Positions 1 to 11,064 of a stretch of 20,000 nt of DNA are shown here, piece by piece. Positions within the stretch are counted from its first letter, which is position 1, and the number at the start of each line of letters is the position of its first letter. The notes beneath the pieces were generated by a model that was not told the DNA's origin, searched no databases, and worked only from the letters and a program-made list of their open reading frames with translations. The position numbers were made by a program, and so were the translations under genes. The stretch comes from Psammoneis japonica (lineage: Eukaryota): assembly GCA_008632985.1 (NCBI GenBank), contig QPGO01000034.1, positions 118,110 through 138,109 of the forward strand, in the 5' to 3' direction.

Positions 1-149
1 GTTGAGAGATGGAGTCTGGAGGAGATTGACGGTCTTCAAAAAAAAAAACACAAAAGATTGTTCATTTTGTTGGCTGCACTTTGGACAACTGCCATCAAGT
101 CATTTGGCACAAGATTGTGCTGAGTGCAATTTCAAGATGTGGTTTCCAG

Positions 150-1181
150 ATGTTTGGCAGGGGTTGAAAGGAAATGTGTTGTCACCAATGGAGATCAACT
201 TGCTGACAAGCAGCCCACCTGCACAACTCTTGCAAACAGACAAGAAAGATGCTGCATGTTTTCATCCCTGGCCAATGTTCTTCATCATGTTGGAGACTTG
301 GGAACAAGAGACTGCATTGCATCTCACATTTAAAACATCTGCTGAACAGATTGAAGCTGACAGCAGCTGCACATTGTTTGCAAGGAGCACACTGCATGGC
401 CATCAAAGGGAGCTCCCGCCAAGAAGCAATGAAGGTTTTGCAGCAGCAGTTTGGATTGAGCCATTTCCTTGGAAGCAGGTGGTGAACATTTGATGTCACA
501 ACATGCAATGCTGGCTGCACAACTGTTTGTCATCCAGCAAACAACAACTGCTGTGTTGCCTTGTGCTGTGGATGGATGTTTGACTGAAGCTGGCTTTTGG
601 TCACCAACTGCTGCATGTCAAGGCTGCTGGGTTGGGTTGGCATCATTTGTGCCCAAGGCTGTCTGAGTTGATCCAGGAAGCCATCAGAAGTGCAAGGAAT
701 GCATCTCATTGCAACCCAATCAGCCAACAGGAACATTGGGATCAAACAAGAAATTGCACATGGCACCAAAGCCACAATGGTGCTGACACAGCTGCACCAT
801 CCTTGCAACTTGACTTTAACAGAAGAACCAAGCATTTTTTTTGTCTTGCAGATCACACACCCTTTCTTTCATCTTCAGAGGGGATTCCATCAAGGCGTGT
901 TTCCTGTCACCAACTGCTTTTTCAGCACTCTCTTCTCTTAAAAAGAATTTTCAAACATTCCAGCAAATGACTGCGCTGCTTTGCCAGATTGTCATCATCC
1001 ACAACCAAAGCACCAGCTCTCTGGTTTTTTGTCTTCATCACTCACTCCCACAACAGCTGCAGTTTGCATTTCTTGACATGCAGGTGATTCAATGCAGCGG
1101 GCTTCAACTCCATCAACCTCTCCTTTGCCACATCCAGGCACTCTGATGGCATGGTCAAACACAACTTTCTGTGTGATCCCA
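150..1181 (-). pseudogene. C-terminal part of a decayed Sola-like DDD transposase (downstream of the LINE insertion)
   Basis: Minus-strand frames give VVFDHAIRVPGCGKGEVDGVEA (GKGEVDG at 1109-1129), resembling the IDRxIxAPGHGKxxVDG third-Asp motif. They also give VAMRCIPCTSDGFLDQLRQPW..QP, resembling AIRRIPC..C...L..PW...QPRY. Contains frameshifts and stops; left boundary approximate. Confidence 0.65.
1166..1181 (+). repeat. Target-site duplication, left copy (TTTCTGTGTGATCCCA)
   Basis: 16/16 identical to 7879-7894; the two copies bracket the retrotransposon remnants. Confidence 0.85.
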
Positions 1182-1254
1182 CTTTTCTGCATGAGCACCT
1201 GTCAACAGTTTCTGTGTGGAATTCTGCATGAATTTTTGCCAAAAACTTGTCACC

Positions 1255-2063
1255 ATGACAATCCCTCCACTCTGCCGCAGGCTGGCCCCACTGGTGATCC
1301 TCAGCCAGATCCTCCACCTGACAAGGACACTGCTCCATCCACTCCAACCAGAGCTGGATCAGGAAAACCCAAAAGCTCTTTGCTCAAGGAGATCACCATC
1401 CATTTTGAACTCACCTCCTTCAATGTTTGCATGTCCACGGCATTGGCCATGGGTCATGCTGTGATTCTCAATGCCCTCCAACAGAAAGCCTCTCATGACC
1501 CATTGATGAATGAGATGACTGTTGTGTTGAACCGGGGTTTGAAAATTCCCAAAATCAATGCAGTTGAGTGGACTTCTGGTCTCACCCACTCTCAGCACTT
1601 TGGTGTGCATTGCATTGGTGGTTCTCATCGTTGCTCCCCAATGTTTGTCATTGCTCACTGCATCCACACCTCACCAGATGTCTGGAACATCCTGTTTGTC
1701 AACAAAGTCTTAAAAGACAATGGAGTTTGTGTGCACCGCCATGAATGGGATGAGACCAGTGTTGATCTTTCTTGAGTCACCTTGCTGGTTGATCTTGCGC
1801 CAAAGCATGGCCCAGTGGATTTAGCCCAACAATTGTTGATGGCTCTTCTTCCACCATGCACTTGCTCAAGTCACACACCTCCCTCCAGTGCCATGGACTG
1901 CACCAAATTGTCATTGAATGAACCTGTTGGCAGATTCACCTTCTCCTCCCCAAATTGCCAGACCATGCATGACCATGTGCCTTCAATGCCAACAGATGCT
2001 CCTTTGACCAATGTGGAGGCAACTTTAATGAGTGCACCCAAGCAGCCACCAAAATTCAGGTGA
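1255..2063 (+). pseudogene. ORF1 remnant of the LINE (N-terminal part only)
   Basis: ATG at 1255, ~70 bp inside the element 5' end. A Pro-rich start is followed by globular-looking sequence (KEITIHFELTSFNV...VLKDNGVCVHRHEWDE...DLAPKHGP) in ORFs 1092-1775 and 1782-2063. Assigned by position upstream of the APE. Confidence 0.55.
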
Positions 2064-2810
2064 GCGCAATCAGAACATCAGAGACATGCCTTGACACTGT
2101 GCAATTCCAAGTTCATCACAGCTGCACGTTGGCAGTGAAATGCTCTTTTGCACCATGGGCAACTCACTTGCTTGTCATCAAAGAATGCCTTCACTGCCCC
2201 GTACAAACTGGGTGGGACAGTGCTCACATCATGCAACTCCCTCTCCGCAAGCCACCAAACTCAACTCAAAGACCCACTGGGATGCTGGTCAATGCAGATT
2301 TTTGACGGAAAACACGGCCATCAAGTCATGTTTGTTTCGTGTTGCCGCATTTGTTCCAACTCTTTGTCATTGGCAGGCAAGACAACCGCGTGCGCTCAGC
2401 AAGTGGCTTTGCTCTGCCAGCAAGGCCAAGTGAATCCAGACCCTCATAGAGAGCCTTTTGCTGCACCAATCTGACTTGCACTGTCGAACAATTCTTGGAT
2501 GACTCAAACCAAGAAGTCATTCTTGTTGGCAATTTCAGCTTGGATTTCTGCCACAATTCCAACACACTTGCTTCCATGGCCCAACAGTTTAACATGTTGG
2601 ATGCCATGCACCACCAACATGAAGACTTTGAATTTTCTGCTTGTGTTCAAGGTTCCAGATGCCTTGATTGTGTCCAAGCAACTCCTGGTGCTTCAGCTGC
2701 TGCAAGACTCTGCGGGTGTGAATCTTTTGGGTGCAGAACATTGTCAGATCACCAAGCTCATTACATGGATTTCAACATGGTTGCTTTGTTTGGAAACCCT
2801 TCCGTCATTC
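2064..2810 (+). pseudogene. APE (exonuclease/endonuclease/phosphatase) domain of ORF2, N-terminally truncated
   Basis: SETCLDT; YKLGGT; DPLGCWS (DPLGRWS); SCCRIC (SAYRVC); TTACAQQ (TTAYxQQ); VILVGNF (ILxGDFN); GSRCLDCV (GSxRIDY); SDHQAHYMDF (SDHRxxxxDF). Confidence 0.85.
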
Positions 2811-3699
2811 TGCCAAGATTCCAGCTCCATGATCTTCAAGCATCTTTGCCAAAACATGTGACTGTGCATGTCTCAAAGCAGTTGATCCTTTGATCACAAG
2901 TCAAAATGTCCTTGCCGGAGCAGAGGCCCTTCTTCAATCAGGGACTCCAAATCATTGTCTTGCTGACAGATTGGACCAAGACATGCTCCAGTCATTGCTG
3001 TCAGCAGCTGAGAAATGCAAATGACACAAAGAACCAGAAAGGTCTGTCAAATTGGCTGGCCAACCTCCAGAAGCAAGTGTTTGTGTCATTGAGGATGATG
3101 GCTGTGTTCCGCAACCACAAGGATGTGGTCCCCTCCATTCTCAGAGCAAAGCACAAATTGTCAACTTCGTTTCTCCTCCCTGCAATGATTCACGAATGTT
3201 CAATGGCCCCACATTGTGCACTTGTTCGGAGTGTTGCCAAGTTGTGAAGGACAGCCAGAAGCACCAAGACACTGAACGTGATGCGCAAATTGCTGAACTA
3301 GAACTCAAAGGCACCAAAAAGTCCCAGGCTCAGGCTAAAGTTCTTTGCAATTTACACTGTGCAGAAGAAACACAGTGAGTCTTCAGAAAAATTAATGCCT
3401 GCAAGAAGAGAGAGGGCTCCAGTGTAAAAGACCATTCAAGTCCCTGCAAACCCAAACAAAAATCAAAGACGTGCAAAACTTGAATGACAGTCAACACCCC
3501 AGAAGATGCAGCCGCAGCGCTGCAGTCCAGGAACCAGCGTCATTTTGGCCAAGCTCATGGTGCTCCACCAACAGTTCCTCCTTCATCTGTTGACCTGGGT
3601 TGCAAAGGCAATGCCACAATGGCAGAGCTCATCTTAGATGGCGAACATGAGACTGGTCAGCTGAAACTTGCTGCTTCTTTGCTCATCCAGCATCTTCAG

Positions 3700-4920
3700 A
3701 GACATGCCCCACCTGCAGTGCGGAACCATGTCTCATCTGACATCTTGCTCTCCAAACCAAAGACATGGTTCGAATCTGCCTCCACATCTCTGAAGTCAGG
3801 ATTGCACCTTGGACATTGGAAAGTGCTGTGTGCTCCTCATTCTCATGCCAAAGATCTGGACTCCCAAGGCAATCCATCCTCAAAGAAAGAACATCTGGAT
3901 CAAGTTCAGCAGACACTGTTTGCAATTTGCCTCAACCTCATCAACTGGGCTTTGAAGTGGGGCTGTTTGTGTGACCATTGGAAAGACATTGCAAACACAG
4001 TGTGATGTTCAAGAAACCAGGCAATGACAAAATCCACCGACTGCAAGTCACGCACATGTGCAAAGCAGATTTTCAAATTGTCACAGTGTCAAATGGCAAG
4101 AATTGGCTCAGCACATGGAGAACCACCAAGTGTGTGATCCTGGCACACATGGATGCCATTGCTTCTTGTCTGCTCAGACTCCAGTGTTTCTTGAGAACCT
4201 GATGTTGGAAATGTCCCAAGCCTCTTGCAAAACTCTGCTGATGAGTGATGATGATTGCACCTCCTGTTGTGATCGAAATGTTCCTGCAATTGTTGGACCA
4301 TGTTCCCAAAGTGATGGAATGGACTTTTGTGTGGTTGAAGTGAACATGTCTGCCCTGCACCATGCTGGACACTGGCTTTGGACCTTGTTGGGACTGGCTC
4401 AGTGGAGTCATGCTCACACTGCTGCACAACCCCTTTGCAGCACAGGTCAAGGCAGCAGGAATTCCCCATGGCATTGGAACACCCCACACAGCTGCCTGTT
4501 TGACATCTTTGATGCAAGAGCCATGGGATCACACTTTGAAACTCCAGACAGCAAGTTCTTTGTCCAAGTTTACAATTGGGGACATGTCAACAACACGTCC
4601 AAACAGGTCAACAACTTTTGAGCAAGTCCGCAACCGTCTGCGCTTGACTTGTCCTTTTCTCTCCAACAGGATGATCAACTTTGGTGTGATTTGCTGGCTG
4701 GACACTGCAGGACACAAACTTGAGTTGCCAAAGTGTTCCTTTCACGCAGTTGAATGGGACTTTGCTGAGTGCGGCAAGTCTCACATCCGCCCACACCATG
4801 ACAACCCAGATGTTCAAATCTTCTCAGCAGACTGGTCCACGTCTTGGTCCAGCAAACAAATTTCAGCACATGCTCTGCACAAAATGCTCTGACATTACGT
4901 TGCACCAATCAGCACCAGAA
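3700..4920 (+). pseudogene. Reverse transcriptase domain of ORF2
   Basis: STSLKSGLHLGHWK; KKPGNDKIHRLQVTHMCKADF (KxPGxxKIHRLRVIHLYEADY); DDDCTSCCDR (DNDAxSCYDR); STGQGSRNSP (GTGQGSGNSP); GHVNNT at 4580-4597 in place of the catalytic G[YF]VDDT; LELPKCSFH. Confidence 0.9.
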
Positions 4921-6169
4921 AGACTCAGTTTCAGAAACTTCTCACCAAGAGCAACACCACAGCTCCATTCCTCTGATCTTGTCCCTTTGACCAGATTGAA
5001 ACATGGCAGTGCTTTCACGTGTGCCACTTGTCTTTGATGACTCATGTCCAGCCAAACTCAACTTTCTACCTGAGGAGCTCTTGACTGTTCAACAAAAAAC
5101 AATGCGGGCTACATTTGCCAAATGCGGGTGCAACAGAAATGTGAAAAGACTCGTCCCATGTGGTCCTCAATCCCTTGGCAGCAAAGGACTCCAATTGTTG
5201 GACATGGAACAATGTGTCACTCAATTGCAACTCTTGTTGAAACACTCACAAGGTGCAACAACAAACCTCAAGTTGGGAGAAGATCAACCTTGCAAAAACT
5301 TGCACATCACGGTTTCCTGGATCCAGCTGAACACAGGAATGGGAGTGAGTTTTTTGTGGGACATTGATGCAGCACTGCCGCATGTGGAATCTTGTTGGTT
5401 TGCTTCAGTCCAGTCATTCTCACACAGGATTCAAGGAAGAATTTACTTGACACAGTCCAGCATGCTCCCTCTCCAATGTGATGACAATCAGGGCATCATG
5501 GACGTGGTCCTCCAATCTCAACTCTTTTCTCATTGTGAAATCAGATGGACAAACTGCTGTTGCTCATGCTTGCAGGTGCTGTCCATGTCCAACATTGCTC
5601 TGTCCAATGGTTTGACATTGGACACAATGAAGGCAGCTGGTGACCCTTGCTTCAGAGCAGTGTCAGCACTTTGAACATGTTGAGCAGTGTGAACCAGGAT
5701 TGAGAGTGTGGGCCACATGGAAGAAGTTTTGTGTGTCCCTGTGCCATCCAAAATCACAGACACTGAAAGAACCTCTCAGAAATTGGTTGGCACCACCATC
5801 CACCAGGATGCGCATGCAAGCAACCATGCATTTTTCTCCCTTGGAGGATCATTTGTGCACCAGGTCTTCCTCTGGGTGCAACACATTTTGAGTGAATGGA
5901 ACCAGAACAGACACACCATCACAGAACTGGAAACAGTGCCGGTCCCATCCAAAGAATCATTTCCGGCAGAACTTTCCATGACAGACGACAGTCGATGGAC
6001 ACTCAATCTCCCATGTGCTGACTTGTCTGATCCACTGATTTCTCGGCTTCCTGATGCATTCCAAGACATGCTGCAATCCTTGCCACAATGGGAGTCAACG
6101 TTGTTCAAAGACCTCAAGTTTCATGTGCCCCTTAAAATGCTGCTGGTTCAATGCTTTTTGTCCTCGACA

Positions 6170-6720
6170 TTGACTGCAGGGAGTGATGGGTCTGCAAATG
6201 AAGGTGCCACCTTTGGTTGGACGATTGCATTGGCAGAACCCCTGCTGGTAGATTGTGCCGGACCAGTTTTTGGAAGACAGCCGTTGTCTCACTGACCAGA
6301 AGCATGTGGAATTCTCTCTGTTTGCCACTTCATTTACAGATTCATGGAACACTGCCACATGAGAGAGTTTCCGGATTTGGACGTGCATTGCAACAACAAG
6401 GCGGTGGTGTCTTGCTTGGAACAGATTGCTCTTAACCTGTCGGCTCCATCTCCTGGAGACCAACTCAATGGCATCTGAGATTTTCACATCTGACACAATG
6501 GAGCCAATGCCCTTGCCTCCAACTGGGACATCATGAACAAGAGATTGCACTTTTGCATGGCAATGGAGGAATCCCACAAATCCAATGCATCCCCATTTCC
6601 TCCACAGGCAAAGTGGGTCAAAGGACATCAAGATTGACATGCCCCGGTTCACACACTTTCACTCAACGCAAGAGCAAACACATGAGCAGACCAGACAGCC
6701 GGCACCTGCCAAGGACATTG
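6170..6720 (+). pseudogene. RNase H domain of ORF2
   Basis: AGSDGSANEGATFGW; GPVFG..PLSH*PEACGILS (SYRAEAYG); CNNKAVV (CDN); NWDIM; TGG GTC AAA GGA CAT CAA GAT = WVKGHQD near 6614-6634. Confidence 0.85.
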
Positions 6721-7001
6721 CAGTCAAGATGCTTCAATGGTTCTGCCCTCCCTCACTGCCACTTGCATTTGAGTTTGCAGGATGGCACATTGACATCAGG
6801 CTACAAACAGCAAGTCAGGCATGCTGCCACCGCTCCGCAACTTTTGGAGTGCATTCTCAATTCTCAAGTGCAGTCAGTGGCATCCAGAAGTGATCAACCT
6901 GACAGATTGCTTGGGATGCTCATGCCATTCTAACAAAAAGGCATTCCAAGCAACACATTGAAACAGCTGAGCTTGTTCACAACCTTCTTCCTGCCAACGA
7001 G

Positions 7002-7760
7002 ATGGTCAACAGATGCAATTCCATCCAACCTCACCATTGCATTCTCTGTGAGCATCTGATGGAGGACAGGGATCATGCACTGTGGTGTCTGCACAATGAA
7101 CCCTGGCACAGAAAATTTTTGCAAGGATTGCAGCATTGTTGCAACCAGATCAACACGATGCCAACGCGGCATGATTTCTCATTGGGTTCCATTCAAGCAT
7201 GGTTTGACAGTGAGATGGTGCGCCCAGACGATTTAGACTGCCACTGCAGAGCCCTGTGGCATGCTCAATCAGATGTGGGATGGCAGCAAGTGTTTGGTGG
7301 AAGGCACTCCACTCTTTGGAATGTGGTCCAGTTGGGGTGTTTGTGTGATTCAGGCATTCTTCATCAGCACCAAGAAGAGAACAAACAGCCCCTGAATTGG
7401 ACCATTCAGATGCGTTTGTTCACATGGAAACAGTGGTGGAGTCTGTGGGAAGAGCATGACCATCATGTGCATGGACACAGTGCAGATTTGAGGACATTGT
7501 CTCAGAGATGAAAGGTTGAGGCCAAATTGACAGCTGCACACAACAAATGCCAAGAATGCCTGGCCAAAGATTGAGGTGTCCTGCTTGATTCTGTGGAAGA
7601 TCATGAACATTTCACAACAACGCACACACAAAATTGGATCTCAATGGTCCAACCCAGACTGAAAGAAAGTCTCAAAGAAGCCAAAAAAGCTGGTGCTTTG
7701 CAGCACTTGCACCATCACCAGTTGCTTCCATCAGGCATCTCCTCAAGGAGATGCTGACTC
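7002..7760 (+). pseudogene. C-terminal region of ORF2 with CxxC...H...C zinc-binding motif
   Basis: CILCEHLMEDRDHALWC; Q..VGWQQVFGGR; WWSLWEEHDHHVHG (W..RN..VHG); TITSCF near the end. 3' limit approximate. Confidence 0.7.
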
Positions 7761-7878
7761 AAGCCAATTGCATTTGCTTCTGCCGCACCCCTGGCAGGGT
7801 GTGCTGGAGGTGTGGGTCAGCTGGTGCCAGTGTTGCTGGGCAAAGGTGCAGCAGCACTTTAAATTGGGTTTGGGCTTT

Positions 7879-7894
7879 TTTCTGTGTGATCCCA
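7879..7894 (+). repeat. Target-site duplication, right copy (TTTCTGTGTGATCCCA)
   Basis: Identical to 1166-1181. Confidence 0.85.
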
Positions 7895-9860
7895 AATCAC
7901 AAGCCATCCCCAATGCAGCCCATGGTTCTTTGACCGCATGAGAAACTTTTCCAACTGAGCATTGACTGTGGTGGTGCTTTGCTTTGAAGAGCCAGAATGA
8001 TGTGCATGGCATGTTTTCTGACCTTGACTTTGCTGCAAATCACATCACAAACTTCGCCTTCTTAAATGGACATTGCTTCATTGTTGCCACAGTGGTCCCC
8101 TGAATTTGGCTGTTGAATTTAGGCTGAAGACACTCAGAGCAGTCAGCAGATTTGAAAATGCTGTTGGCCATCAACTCAAATGCCTTGCAAAGCATTTTTC
8201 TATGCAATGATTTTTTCCAAGAATGGTCATGTGGGGAAGATGGCATTGCAGCTTTTTTGATCTTAGGGTGCAGCTCTCTTTTGCAAAAATCCTGGTGACT
8301 GGCTTGCAAACCCGGCCCCTTGTCAACAAGTTTCTTTGTTGGACCTTTGCACCCTTCCTGCCACCTGGATCTGCCACACAAACACAGGACATGTGTCCAC
8401 AAACATGCCATGCTTGGAACAATGTTTTGCAGTCAAATCCATTGAAACAAAACTTGGGGTGCATTGGGACATTCACTCTGTTCCAACAATGGAGATGAAC
8501 AGGATGGGCAATTTTGACATTCATCAGGAATGCATTTCTAATGAGGGCAATCCTGACCACCCGCATGGCCACAAATGATGGCTGCCATTGCATCTCGAGC
8601 TTTGGGATGAAGGTGGTTGGAATCAGAGCCAAAGGCTTCCTCTTGATGATTTGATTCTTAAACCCAATTGTTTGTTTTGCTGTCACAGTTCTTGGAGGTT
8701 TCAGGGTCATCACTCACAGCCTTCAACCAGCCACTTCTGCTGCACCTGCATCTCTTTCAAAAGCCTTCTTTGAAACCTGCTCAGTGTGTCTTGCAGAAAG
8801 TGCGCACCCACACAATTGCTGCATTGACACATGTTGCATCAACTGTTGCTCATTTTTTGAGGACATGGATTGCTCAGGAATCAAAAAGCAAGACATGGTT
8901 CATTGTTGACAAGGGTCTTGCCATTTGCATCACAAGCAAATTCAAATCCACCAGAATCCACAGGCTGCAACATGTCATTGTGGAGCTGATGCATGGATGT
9001 GCTGCAAAACCATTTGTTCATTCATTTTTTACATCCATCTTTACCTTCAATCAGAGTCAGTGTCTCTTGAGTTGCAATGGGTGGCTGCACTGTGTCAGGC
9101 TTGCAGAGGCTTTGCGGGTCTCAGGGAACACTTTGTGAGGCTGCCAATGGGGCTGCACTGAAGACCACATGACATCTTCTTTGTCCTCAATCAAGGCTGC
9201 CATGGCAATCTTTCCCTGCTTTGTTTGTCAACAAACAGTTGTTGGATTTAGACTGGGTGCACTGGCAAAGTTGTTCAAAGACACTCTGGGTTCATTGGCA
9301 GATTTTTCTAGAGAACTGGAAACTCCAATTGCTGCTGAACAGATGAAAGATTCTCTGTCTCATCAGCAGAGCATTGACCACTGTTGGCATGTTCCCACAT
9401 TTGGCCCAGCTGCTTGGTCATTTGCAAAGCAACATCCTTCATTTTTGGCATTGTCAAACCACAGGCCTCAACATGAAAATTGGAGTCAGGCATTTGCAGC
9501 ATGCAGAGCAATGCACAGGCACATTGCTCCTGAGCAGTGGCGCAGAAGAAGATGGCACATCTTGTGCTGACTGCTGCATGACACAGCACTTGTTCAGGAT
9601 CTTTGTTGATTTTGTCAAAGGATTGAGAATCAAAACAAAAGCATTCTGTGGTGGGCATTTCAGGCCAACAGGAGTTTGGACATCTGGAGCAATTGAGGGA
9701 GTGATGGCAGCATTGTCAGAGGTGAGGTTGGGTGGAGTGGCTGTTGCTCTCATGGTGTTGCTTGTCAGAGATGAAGCAGGATGAGGAAGCAGCTGTTGCT
9801 CCTTCAGCGTCAATTTGGGAGGAGGCAGGTTGTCTTGGAAAGGGCAACCCTTCACAGCAA
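7879..9860 (-). pseudogene. N-terminal and central part of the decayed Sola-like DDD transposase
   Basis: Minus strand, in order: VQPPIATQETL...TSMHQLHNDMLQPVDSGGFEFACDANGK; CHLPHMTILGKNHC; ADCSECLQPKFNSQIQG (first Asp at 8142-8144); HHSGSSKQSTTTVNAQL; VIWDHTE (second-Asp motif, overlapping the TSD). Start approximate. Confidence 0.65.
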
Positions 9861-10949
9861 GACTTTTTGTTTTTGCTGTTGCCAGCTTGCCCTGATGACT
9901 TGTGTTGCCAGCTAACTTTGGATTGCTTCCTTCTCTTGATCATGGTGCATTGGGGATTTGAGAGTGAAAAATGTGCACAAAGAGGGCTGGTGGTTGAGAG
10001 GGATGAGAAACATTGTTTTGTGGCATGCTCTGCAAAAATCAACTGTGCAGTGTCTGGAGAAACAGGGCATGTTTGAATGTCACTTGAGCTGAAGCAGACA
10101 GCAAAGTCAAGCTCCAAAAAATAAAAAAGTGCACGCGCAAAGAGCATTTTTCATGCAGAACATGACACTTGCTAAAAATGGCATTTGTGGCACAAAAAAC
10201 TTCTTCAATTTTGATTGTTTCAAAAATTGAAAGGCAACAAGTGCACACAAAAAAAATTAAAAGGTTTGTGTGCACTCACCCTTCAAAAATTTTGGAAAAG
10301 ATCAAAGTTGAGGGAGCTCATTGTGCCAAATGCAAAAATGGGCCAGTGATGGATTGCAAGCCTGTGTGCAACACCTGGAGATAGAGCAGGCTGGCATGTG
10401 AGTCTTGAAGCTGAGCAAAGTGTGGACATTGTGTCAGACCCATGGCTTCGTGATCCCCTCTTTGGCACACAGTGCTGGGCCTCCCCGACCCCAGGCACTG
10501 GGCGCACCTCTGTCTGACAGGAGCTGGCAACTTCTCAACCAGACATCAGGTTTTGAAGCTCACACAATGGGATGCAGCCAGGCAAATGGCCAAACACCAG
10601 GAGGAAGCAAAGCAGCACAGTCAAGTGCTTCAGAAATTCTTTTTGCCTGCAAACAAGAGTGCTGCTGCACCACAGCCTCTTGTGAATGCAGCAACAGCTT
10701 TCAACTGTGACAAGCACCCAGCCATGTTTCATTTTTGTCCTCCCTTTCTGGGCCAGGAGTGAGCCCAAATGTGGGCGACATGTGAGCAATGGCCTTTTGT
10801 GCACTTTTCTCTTGTTGTGGACAAGGAGAAAAAAAATGATGCCATCAAGCACACACACAGCAAAGTTGCCAAAGCAAAATGACAACTGCAGTTGCCAATG
10901 TTGTCAGCCATTCAAAAAAAAAAGCTGAGCAGGGCTGTTGAATCATGAT

Positions 10950-11064
10950 GAGGGCTTTCACCTCAGCAGACCTTGGCAAAGTTCACAAAAATTCATGTGC
11001 AAAGAACCACAAGCCATTTGGCAATTTTCAAGCCAAAAAGCACCCCCAATGACCACCCTCTTAA
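10950..11064 (-). mobile_element. Putative 5' terminus of the Sola-like element (5'-GAGGGTGGTC... on minus strand) next to TTAA
   Basis: ...GACCACCCTC|TTAA at 11051-11064. GAG...CTC termini and TTAA targets are described for Sola3. It lies ~1.2 kb upstream of the transposase; the partner end is not in the window. Confidence 0.45.

Larger units (their letters stand above)
1182..7878 (+). mobile_element. Decayed non-LTR retrotransposon (LINE), Ambal-like, with APE, RT and RNase H
   Basis: Colinear remnants of ORF1, APE, RT, RNase H and a C-terminal Cys/His motif on + strand, flanked by a 16-bp direct repeat. Confidence 0.9.

Noticed and set aside
38..48. A-run as a retroposon tail
   Set aside because: No associated element visible at the window edge.
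3700..4920. Prokaryotic RT system (retron, DGR, group II intron)
   Set aside because: The APE-RT-RNase H-Zn finger order plus a TSD identifies a eukaryotic non-LTR element.
1182..7878. ADAR/APOBEC-type editing during retrotransposition as the source of the bias
   Set aside because: That would be strand-biased and confined to the retroelement; here TA->TG and TA->CA both occur and the flanking DNA is equally affected.
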